DNA of 63,636 bases, counting the filler, from Rozella allomycis CSF55 (Eukaryota): the NCBI GenBank assembly GCA_000442015.1. It is 9 parts of 9 records of this genome, joined end to end, with 100 filler letters (N's around TTAATTAATTAA, not from the genome) between each part and the next. Parts side by side here need not be neighbours in the genome. Positions count along the whole stretch, not along the records: positions 1 to 7,770 come from KE560562.1; positions 7,871 to 14,221 come from KE560563.1; 7 more parts are not named here. One strand, given 5' to 3'. The notes beneath the pieces are model-generated. The model made no database searches. It had not been told where the DNA came from and saw only the letters and a program-made list of their open reading frames with translations. Every line of letters starts with the position of its first letter. Position 1 is the first letter of the stretch. This document shows, one piece after another, positions 1-10,277 of this stretch. The position numbers and the translations under genes are program-made.

Positions 1-523
1 ATGAAGATAAAAAAATCTCACATAATCAAAGTAACTGGTATAGTATAATTTATTAAAAGACTATTTTCTATTATGTCACTGACATTTTTTGATCACGTTT
101 AATTGATTGCGTAATAAACCCCAGCAAAATATGTCTGAAATGAAAGAAAGTCAAAACATTAACAAATGTGAATCACCTTCGGTGAATGACCAGTACGTTG
201 TTTGTTTAATTTTTGACAAGGCCCATATCGCATCAATTAATTGTTACTTTACCTATGCAAAAAACTTCTACAACTGCAAATACAAATGTACAGTAAAATA
301 GATTCTAAAATGATAACAGTCCTCCGCAAATGAAGTCGTTGGTTGTTACACTCCAATTACCATACTTGTCATCTGATAGTAACGGTAACATTTTACACGT
401 TTCATCAAAGAAACTGAATCGTATTCTTCAAATGACGATTATGACAGTGATACAATTCGCAAAACTAAAAGCACAAAAAAACTTCAAATGAATCTATAAC
501 ATCACAAAACTTAAAAAACTAAA

Positions 524-3500
524 TTGCGTAACCGTTCCGTTCGATTATCTGAACCCACTAATGTATCAAAAACACGAAAAGAACAAAATCGACTTAAAAC
601 TAAACTATCCAGAGATCAAGAATCATTTAACGAAACTCTTATACGTCAGGAAAAAGATCGTCGTCAAACTAAAGTGACCAGAGAACAAGAATCAGCTGAC
701 AAAACCTTAATACGTCAGGAAAAGAATCGGATTCAAACTAAACTAGCTAGGGAACAAGAATCAGCTGACAAAACTTCAATTCGTCAGGACACAAATCGTC
801 TTCGGACACAACACAGGAGAGACGAAGAGTTGACTAGTGATAGATTAGTCCGTTTAGAAAAATTGAGAGTCCACAGTTATAACACACGCTTACAAGAATC
901 GCAAACTGAAAAGGAAACACGATTATTAAAAAATCGTTTACAAACTAACATTGTGCGAAATCAAGAATCCTATAACGATCGATTACGGCGTTTGGGAAAA
1001 AACCGTGTTCAAACATCTCAAGCTAGAGATCACGAATCAGAGTATGAAAAGGCGCGAAGATTAGCCACAAATACAGCATCAACTTACAAAGCAAGAGAGG
1101 AAGAATCGAGTCAAGAAAGAGCCGAACGACTAGAACGAAATCAGCAAAAAACAAACTTAGTACGATCATTGGAGTCTTCAACTCAACGTCTTCAAAAAAA
1201 TTTTAGGCGACGTCAATTGCGATACCAGTCTACCCAAAATGCCCTAGCTTGGAATCAAACCAGAAATGATCGTTTTCACGCCTTTGAGCGAGATCCCACT
1301 GTAGCACTCGCGTTATTTTACAACAATAGTGCGCTATTGGCACATACGGATTACGTTCCAACAAACGAAGACAGACAAAATTCAACTGAAGCTAAAATTC
1401 AAATTGACACGATCATACAAAACGTTGAAGGTAACAACTGTTATTAAAACAATATAGAAATACCTTATTCCAAAAAGAGCAAGTTAATAAACAATTATAT
1501 GGCAAAAGTAAATCCCACAGGCAATATATATGCATGTGCATGCTGCGGAATACGAGATTTTTCTGTTACTCATACATTGTCAAAAGCCGCGTTAAGTCCT
1601 CTGAAATTCACGGAAACACAAGAGCAACAATATATATCCAACAAGCATTACAACGAAGCCCAAAGTGTGTTTTTAGACATATTCAACAATGAACTTTACC
1701 ATTTACACCCAGAGCTAGTTTCAATCACCGATTCAAATGATTTTTAAATAATGGCGTGTCAAGGGTGCTTTGCGTCGTTAACATCTACAAGCAGAAACAA
1801 TGTACCATATCTGTCTATTGCATCAGGTATTGATTACGGTTACTGGAAACGAATTGAACTTTCGAATAATTTAAAACCTCTTACATTATTGGAAAGTATG
1901 TTGATAGCAAAAATTAGATTATTCGGAGCAATAATCAAATTGACTGGTAATGATAGACGATGTATAAAGGGACATATAATTTCTTTTCCTCATGATGGTC
2001 CAGACGCTGTTGCACAGTATAATACAAACGAAAATATCCTACCAAATATCAAAGGTTTACGTAATCTAATATCAGTGGTATTTATATCCCGAGGATCGTC
2101 ACATAATGAAATAGAAAGAATGACGACAGAAGTGTCTCCGTTTTTGAAAGTAGATTTTGACAATGTTACTAACTGGCTGAACACGTTGAAAAATATTCAT
2201 CCACAATATGCTGGAATTCAAATTGATATGTCCTTGTCAATGCAAAATAGTATTCATCAAATAATAAAAGATATAACAACTAATGCTACATTTGACAATT
2301 CTGAAGAATCATCTCATTTAGATCAAACTATTGGAAACGACACTGCAAATGTACGATGGACGTCCGCTGGTGGAGACAACGAATCTTCAAAAGATGATAA
2401 TGCCATATTTAATAGTGTTTTATTAACTGATCCTAATGGAAGTGCTTTTGGATCAAAACAACGTGTCGACGCAATGGAAAATGTTCTTTCCTCTTTTGCA
2501 ACATCTATCAATGATGAGAATCAACGTAATATATATTGTATGTTTTATTAGAATATTTAAACAAACAAACTTTGGTAGGAACCAGTGAACGTACAATTCG
2601 CGTGGTACGCGACAAAACTCCAATTAATGAATTTCGTGATCAGGCAGATCTATTTTATGGTGCTTTTCCTCATCTCTTCCTTTTTGGTAAAGGCTTACCC
2701 AAAGTCGGTCATATATCTGAACGACACAGACGACATCTACTTTTACAATTTCATAATGAACAAGCTAATGACCACAGATTTATATTTACCTTATTTAATC
2801 AAATTCAAAGATGGGAGGCAATCAAATCCGTAAATGCAAGGGTTAAAAATAATAATGAATCATTTCAAAAATTTTCGGAATGGGTTAAAAGTCATGAATT
2901 TCTGAACGAATTGGAAACAGCAATTGACAATCCGAATAGTGCATCTGCAAAATACATTTTCAAGAAAATCCAGCCCCATATACTTGCTACAGGTACATCT
3001 ATAAAAATGTCTAAATGAAGGTAAAAATGTTCCTTATGGTCCAATTCAACGAAAAAATGCAATGTCACAACTCTATGCACTTGTTTTTAGATTTGGTTTA
3101 CCGTCAGTATTTTTTACGTTTGCTCCAGATGATGTTCACAACCCCTTAGCTATAAGATTATGTTTACCTAATAATGACAACTATTCGTTTCCAGCAATTG
3201 ATAAAATTAATGACGAGATATCATTTATGTGTGAATTACGGAAAGGCGCAAAAGAAATTATGCATATTAATGTTTCAGAATACCATTTACAACAATTAAT
3301 ATCTCGAAACCCCGTGGCAACTTCTGAAGTATTTAAGACTATAGTGGAAACTACATTTGCTGAACTTCTTCGACATCCTTTAACTCAAAACATGAAAAAA
3401 ACTGTTTCATTAAATGACCATGATGGAATATTTGGAAAAGTTTCGGCAGCTTATATTGTAATTGAAACAAATACCCGCAAATCACTTCATGCACATTGTG

Positions 3501-6500
3501 CTGTATGGGGAGGATTACCACCAGCATTTCTGCAAAAAATTGCTGCTTACCCAGATATCGTTAATAAAGTATCACTGGCTCTCGACAGTATGTTCTCTGC
3601 ATCTTTGCCCGAAGACATTCATATCGAAGGAGCTTTACGTCGTGCTCTCAATATTCCTCCAACTCGTTTTGCGTACACAAAACCTACACACTTTTGCAAT
3701 AGACATGGTGATATCATACCTGAAGAGTTAGAAAGTTTTAAATCACGTTTCTTTAAATTGCAGGACACACTTAACTGTCACGCACATTCGGCTACCTGCA
3801 GAAAAGGTACTATTGGAATGACACAATGTCGTCTGGCTCGTCCACAACCGCTAAATGAAAACACAGGTCCAGTTATGATACAGCCACAAGGATCGGATAG
3901 GATAATTACAGTACCAGTATCTGAACAAGATTGCAACGTAAACTATGATGATCTATTTAAATCAACTAATGATATAAGACCTATAGCTTGGGAGTTAAAA
4001 CGACCGATTCTTAAAGGTTCCTTCAGAGACTATCTTCATTTAATTTCCCCCGATATAGCAAATCGTCTCAACGAAATTTCAGAAAACAAATACACAATAA
4101 TTGACAACGACTTTAAATCTCGAAATGGCTATATTGTAGAAACCAATGATGTATTAGCGTCTGTTTTAAATTGCAATACTGAAGCATGTCCTCTAGGAGC
4201 TGAAGAACAAGCTAAAACAATTCTTTTTTATCTATTAAAGTATTTAACAAAAGATTCAGTAGAACTTGGATCAACATTAACAGTAATTAGGGACGCTCTT
4301 CTGTACGTAAATAGCAATCCATCTCAAGCAGAAGACACTAACACCGATCCCAACAGGTTTGGAAAATATTTTTTACAAAGATTACAAAATCGTATAACTG
4401 GATTAGTTGAAATATCGGACACTCAAGCTGCTGCATATTTACTAGGGCTGCCTGCTTCATCATGCACGCATTCCTTTACGTATTGTTTTGCACTTTCGGC
4501 AATTCAAAAAGTTTCTGAACAATATCAAAAATACAAACATACTTATGGTACAACATATAATACTTTAATTATAGTTGAATTACACGACATCGATTACGAT
4601 ACAGACCCCAATTCAGGAGAGGACGATAATTTATCGCAAGACAATGACAGCGACGACGAAAATGATGATTACATCAATTTATGTAAATCCCACAATGTTC
4701 CCAGGTAATTAAGTACTGGTACAATATACCGGATCAATGACAACGTCGTTCCTATTAGTCAGGATATCAACTACAGGTTTCGAGGAAACGATCTGAAAAA
4801 TTTCAATCTATATGAATATTGTTCGCTTATAAGAATAATTCAAAAGAAGAATCCAGGTAAACTTCGTGAACACACTTATGGTCGTCAAACTAATGGTACC
4901 TTTCCATTTCATAAGGATCATCCATTATGTACTACACACGAACAACAATTATTATCGAAACATATGGTACCTATCGTTGCTGGCTGTAAAGTACCTACTA
5001 TACATCGTAATTCCAATACAACTGATAAAGCTAAATACGCACTGTTTATGATGACATTATTTAGCCCTTGGAATGATTTAGGAATACCTTCCCACGGCAT
5101 CAATTTCAAAGCATTTAAACAGTTTCTAAATCAACTTGATATTAGACAAAATGACGAAAACTGGAATCTTATCAATCGTTCTAGACTACAAACTATTAAC
5201 AACATTTCAAAAAATTTAAGAGTAGACAAGTCCAAAAAAAACTTCTAGCAATATTTCGGAGTCGCAATGCAACAGTATGGAAAACGGAAACAAACACATT
5301 TACTGGTAGAGGAAACAATTTCTACGACATTGAATCAAATCTACCCGCCGACAAACAAGACGACCTAATGAATGACATTGAAGCAATACGAGATCAATTT
5401 GCTGCAGATTTTAATATCATTCTGGAAGATCAAAGACTCACCTACGCTCAAGACACAGCCTTGAAATTACAAACTTTAACCAATCAGATTGAGCCAATAC
5501 AACAAACAAGATATCGTACTTTTTCTCAAATAGATAATGTATTTTTAAAAGAAATGCTAGATGAAATTATACACGATGAGTTACAAACAGACGAACCTCC
5601 ATTACATAATCCAGAATTTGACGAACGAGAAATACCTACCATGATTCATTTAAACATTGAACAACAACAAATAGTAAAATTATTTATTCCATTTTTTGAA
5701 AAACGAAATGAAAATCCGCCACGAATTCTAATACATGGTGGACCAGGCACAGGAAAATCTTTCGTTGTAACAAATGGCATCATACCCATGGCACGATACT
5801 ATAAACTCAACACTCTAACTTGCGCTTTCACTGGTTCCGCGGCCGTGAACATTCACGGCCACACCATCCACTCTCTCTTAATGTTAAGATGTACTAAAAA
5901 GACTAATGCTTCAACTGAACAATATGTAGCACCACTTTCGACCTCTCAACTAGCAAAATTGCAAGAAAGTATGAAACCAATACATATTCTCATAATTGAT
6001 GAAATTTCAACAGTTGCTTCAGGAATGCTTAATGCCATAAATAAACGATTACAACAAGCGAAACAAAATGAACAACCATTTGGAGGACTCTGTGTAATTC
6101 TTATAGGTGATTTCTTTCAAATGAAGCCTACCACAGGAAGAATGATATATTCGGATGTTGTTAAATTCTATATAAGCAAAGACGAGATAAATACAAAAAA
6201 TATAAATTCTGCTGAAGGAGCAAATCTATTCAAAACCTTTCAACTTATCGAATTAACACAACAAATGAGAGCGGCAGAAGATCCTATTCATGTTGAACGA
6301 ATAAATAGTATTCGATGCTATGATGAAAAAGCCAAATTAACAGAAGAAACTTTAAATTTCATCAGAAATAGTATTCTTAAATCAAATGACTACTTAAAGA
6401 ACCCAAAATGGATAGAAGGACCTATAATTGTTCATGACAACACAGAAAGAATATTCATAAATAACATTCTTGGTGAAGCTTTTGCCAAACAAACTGGAGT

Positions 6501-7233
6501 ACCAATAATTCGCTGGAAAACAAATTTTAAATGTCCATCATTACCTATAACTCAATGGGAATCATTTTATGAAGACAACAAAATTGAATTAACCGAGTCC
6601 TTCATCGCCAATGCAATTATATATGTTTCCGAAAATTTTAGTACTCAAAGAAAAATCGTAAATGGAACCAAAGCCATGATGCATTCTTTAGCTTTTAGTG
6701 ATTCAATTTCGTCGTCACAAATTGAAACAATGCGAAAAGCAATAAATGAAGCACAACCAGGACAAATTGTAATGATACCTATCATTCCATCGTACATTAT
6801 AGTAAAGCTAGAAAATGCTAACAAAGAACAATGGCCAAAACGATTTCATGATAATAACGACATAATTGTACCTATTCCCATAGAACTATTTCCTACCGAC
6901 CCATTAAATATACTATATCAAGGAAAAAAATATAAATGCTACGTAAAAAAACACGCTCTGGATTTAGGATTTTCTTTAACTTACGCTAAAGTACAAGGAA
7001 AAACATTAGATCAAATAATATTAGACCTTAATGCTAGAAAATGTCCTCCTAAACACACATTTGGATCCGTCATTGTTGGACTATCAAGAGTAAAAACATC
7101 AAACAAAATACGAATATTACCACCGCTAAATGCCAAATCATTTCAACACTTACAAACTTATCGCGTACCTAAAGATCTAATAATTTGGAGACGACATTAC
7201 AACGACGAAGGCATATGGCAAGACAACATTTAA
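524..7233 (+). mobile_element. Helentron/Helitron2-type rolling-circle transposon Rep-helicase gene (spliced; probably inactivated)
   Basis: Consecutive ORFs join through GT-AG introns at 1431-1457, 2526-2551, 2993-3020 and probably 4548-4574. Motifs in order: 23-aa N-terminal repeats; DUF6570-like region (PLTLLESMLIA..IKGHIISFPH); PINEF..AFPHLF; Rep motif 1 FGLPSVFFTFAP; HUH motif VIETNTRKSLHAH; YLLKYLTK; PIF1 motifs GGPGTGKS, IIDEIS, FGGLCVILIGDFFQ, LTQQMRA, KVQGKTLD, GLSRV. In-frame TAA at 1745 and 4706 and a frame change near 5240. The true start may lie upstream (ATG at 131). Confidence 0.9.
5368..7233 (+). CDS. PIF1-family (SF1B) DNA helicase domain of the element
   Basis: Walker A IHGGPGTGKS, AFTGSAAVNIHGHTIHSLL, Walker B IIDEIS, GDFFQMKP, VQGKTLD, GLSRVKT. 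Confidence 0.93.
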   Translation: MNDIEAIRDQFAADFNIILEDQRLTYAQDTALKLQTLTNQIEPIQQTRYRTFSQIDNVFLKEMLDEIIHDELQTDEPPLHNPEFDEREIPTMIHLNIEQQQIVKLFIPFFEKRNENPPRILIHGGPGTGKSFVVTNGIIPMARYYKLNTLTCAFTGSAAVNIHGHTIHSLLMLRCTKKTNASTEQYVAPLSTSQLAKLQESMKPIHILIIDEISTVASGMLNAINKRLQQAKQNEQPFGGLCVILIGDFFQMKPTTGRMIYSDVVKFYISKDEINTKNINSAEGANLFKTFQLIELTQQMRAAEDPIHVERINSIRCYDEKAKLTEETLNFIRNSILKSNDYLKNPKWIEGPIIVHDNTERIFINNILGEAFAKQTGVPIIRWKTNFKCPSLPITQWESFYEDNKIELTESFIANAIIYVSENFSTQRKIVNGTKAMMHSLAFSDSISSSQIETMRKAINEAQPGQIVMIPIIPSYIIVKLENANKEQWPKRFHDNNDIIVPIPIELFPTDPLNILYQGKKYKCYVKKHALDLGFSLTYAKVQGKTLDQIILDLNARKCPPKHTFGSVIVGLSRVKTSNKIRILPPLNAKSFQHLQTYRVPKDLIIWRRHYNDEGIWQDNI

Positions 7234-7288
7234 AAAGAGGCATAACGTCAAAAAATAATTTTAAGTTTTACCACATTTATTGACAAAC

Positions 7289-7705
7289 TTACTAATCACA
7301 ATAACCAATATATTTATTGATAACCAAAACCCATGATGAGAAAATCTCTCATAATCAAACTAACTGGTAATAAAAAACATTCTAAACCATAATTAAATAC
7401 GGCCATATAGTTTAATCTTCAAAAATAAATTATTACTAATCACAACTATTGAAAACCAACACCTATGATGAAGATAAAAAAATCTCACATAATCAAACTA
7501 ACTGGTAATAAAAACATTCTAAACCATAACTAAATACGGCCATATAGTTTAATCTTCAATACCAAATTATTACTAATCACAACTTTTTGAAAACCAACAC
7601 CTATGATGAAGATAAAAAAATCTCGCATAATCAAACTAACTGGTAATGAAAACCTTCTAAAACATAATTAAATACGGCTATATAGTTTAATCTTCAATAC
7701 CAAAT
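7289..7705 (+). repeat. Three tandem copies of a ~138-bp unit downstream of the helicase
   Basis: GGC(C/T)ATATAGTTTAATCTTCAA recurs at 7401, 7538 and 7676; TTACTAATCACAA at 7289, 7433 and 7570. Positions 1-40 match 7468-7507. Confidence 0.92.
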
Positions 7706-7740
7706 TTTCATTGTCTTTACAAACGGGATACAAAAAAAGC

Positions 7741-7770
7741 AATAAATAGATAAATAAATAAATAAATAAA
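7741..7770 (+). repeat. (TAAA)n microsatellite at contig end
   Basis: aataaatagataaataaataaataaataaa. Confidence 0.85.
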
Positions 7771-7870
7771 NNNNNNNNNNNNNNNNNNNNNNNNNNNNNN
7801 NNNNNNNNNNNNNNTTAATTAATTAANNNNNNNNNNNNNNNNNNNNNNNNNNNNNNNNNNNNNNNNNNNN
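7771..7870. other. Artificial contig linker (N44-TTAATTAATTAA-N44); also at 14222-14321, 24695-24794, 51162-51261, 54061-54160, 57053-57152, 58490-58589, 62217-62316
   Basis: The same 100-nt spacer with stops in all six frames occurs eight times. Confidence 0.98.
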
Positions 7871-9149
7871 GTCATTGTCTGGTAAAGTTCAATGAGGTAT
7901 TTCAATGATTTAATAACATTTAACGAAGAGTCTGTAGTTTGATCTTTAATGTCACGCAAGAAATTCAATGCATTCAATTCAAAGCTAGCAACAAGAGATT
8001 TCTTTAACTCTTCTGGCCTCATTGATTGTAATTCAAAAGTTTCTACGGCATCTGCAAAAAAGTAGAATGTTCTATTATTAATAGCTTTTTATAAAATTAA
8101 TTATTTTAATACCAGTGGATGCATTTAACGCCTTTTCTTTTAATTGTTTAAAACACAAAATCCACTTTTTATTCACAACATCATTTAATTGGCTTTCACA
8201 AAGCTCTAACACAAATTTGGTTAAATTAAGTCTCAATAAATTAATTTCTGATTTTATTTGCAAGATTGATTGAAAATTTAACTGGGAAGATACAAAACGC
8301 TCCACCTTTTCTTTAACTGCCTTTGTAAACGAATCCATCCACACGTCCATTTTAAAATCATGCAAATTGATTTTAAATTGTTTTAAATTTCTCGAAACTT
8401 CGTGGTATATTTCATCCATTTCTAACAGATTGATCATTTCCTGCAATGNGATCATTTCCTGCAGAGTGACAATTTGTTGGTTCTTAATGTTCTCTATTTT
8501 ATGGCTTAGGCAACTCTCTAGATAATTTGTCTCATTCAAATTTAAAAAAGCAAAAATAGCCTCAGAGTACACCTTTCATTAAAGCGTTATTCTAACATTA
8601 CATTCGAAGTAACTTTTTCTTCTAGAAGATATATTTCAGCTTCTTCCAATAAAGCAATTTTCAAATTCTCTTCATTTTCATACAATAGCTTTATTTCATA
8701 GTCATCTGTTTGATCAAGACACGATTTCAGAACAGGAATCATCAATGTAGCCTTTTCAAACTCATTCGCATCTAAAAGTCTATAAAACTAGAATTTAACA
8801 ATAGCATTTAATACTTTTGTTATCTCATCCAAAATATCTGCCTGCTGAGATTCCACAGCACCTCCAGATTCATACGGTACAATTACATCTTTTCCAAAAG
8901 AATCCATCACATGCCGTTCATTATTACAAATTTCAATCAAACTGTTCATACTAGCTGCTATATCAGCAATCAGGTCTGATAGATGCATAATATCTTGATA
9001 CTTGTCCCTTTATAATCCACACGAGTCGACTACCCTATTGCCTGTTGAATATCTCTTCTTCTTGATTCTTTCTGTGTCTTCTTTTTATTTATTATTTTTG
9101 ACACTTGGTGGATATCGTGTCTTTTGAATAATTCTTGAACATTCATCAT
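7871..9149 (-). CDS. COG1/Vps51-like Golgi tethering subunit (multi-exon, 3' truncated by contig end)
   Basis: Spliced N-terminus MMNVQELFKRH...DIQQAIG|DKYQDIMHLSDLI resembles the COG1 motif LR..VG.RYRDLI.AAD; helical remainder. Confidence 0.5.
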
Positions 9150-9447
9150 CAATTAGCGAGCAAGCCACATAGACTGCAGTAACTACAATTTCACAATAAT
9201 TACTACTAAACAACTTATATTATTTTATTGATCGCCCATAAAATGCCTTTCTGAAGAAAAAGACATCGCTTTAGTGCCCTGGCACTTGGCAGGCTGGACT
9301 TTGAATGAATGCAGATCTGGTCAAAACACATGTCAATGTTGCATGTAGTATCATTTTATCATCTATCGTATCTATGCTTCAAAAAGTTGTTGTATCTAAT
9401 GATAAATTGCAATACTAATTCACCTCCAAAAGTCAGTGGCGTAGCAC

Positions 9448-10218
9448 ATGAAAAACGATATTTTCCAGCCTCTCATAATATCCTACGACAATACATCATT
9501 CCACACCAGTTTCATAAAAAAGGACGAGATCAAGGAGAACACGTTGTTTCTGATCCTCCCACCTCCGATAATATCATACTCGATGGTGAAAAAGATTAGC
9601 AAAGCGTTTGGCCAATTAAAGAGTGTTGTTGTGAACGGCAAGAAAGATCTAGATGGTACGATATTATTAATTTTGTGAATGCAGAGATGGATGGCGATTA
9701 TAGCTGTGGGTACTCTGGTACGCTGCATTTGGAGTTTAAGAAGCTGGAGATGCCTGCGGAGGGGGATATTAAGATTGTGAAGATGAAGAGTCCTGTGTTT
9801 GATGGATGCGGGATTTGGATGCAAGAGTATATGAGGGAGAGGAAGAGCACGTTGTTGAAGGATGCGAATGATTTCTTGTTGGCGTATGATGAGGAGCAGG
9901 CTTATGTAAGAGTATTGGTGGTTGGTGAGTTAGAAAGAAGAAGAGTATAAGAAGAGTTATAACCAGCCGGATGAAGATGGGTTTATCAAGGTTATGCCAA
10001 AGAAGAGGAGGATTAGAAGAGAGGAAGAGGTGGAAAGGCCCAAGCCAAAAGATTATACACGGGAAAAGTTTTATAGATTTCAAGTTAGGGAACAAAAGAA
10101 AAACAGTAATGGAAATGAATCAATTAAACTAGGGTTAAATGATTTAAGAGAGAAATTTGAGAAAGATAAAAGCAGAATTCAAAAGATGAAAGAGCAAAGA
10201 ATGTTTAAACCATTTTAA
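9448..10218 (+). CDS. RRP7: Ribosomal RNA-processing protein 7
   Basis: QPDEDGFIKV, FYRFQVRE, LREKFEKDKSRIQKMKEQRMFKPF C-terminus; three short introns. Confidence 0.9.
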
Positions 10219-10277
10219 GAGAATTGTGAATAAAGCAATATTAAATATTTAGCAAAAAAATTTCATTTATTGATAGT

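Noticed and set aside
1745-1747. TAA reassigned to Gln (alternative genetic code)
   Set aside because: Conserved genes here (RRP7, RRP41, PTPA, ABCG) end in TAA, and their internal stops fall in introns.
7289-7705. Regularly spaced repeats as a possible CRISPR array
   Set aside because: Whole units repeat with no unique spacers, there are no cas genes, and the context is eukaryotic.
7771-7870. Recurring TTAATTAATTAA palindrome flanked by Ns
   Set aside because: Artificial six-frame-stop linker; adjacency across these linkers has no biological meaning.
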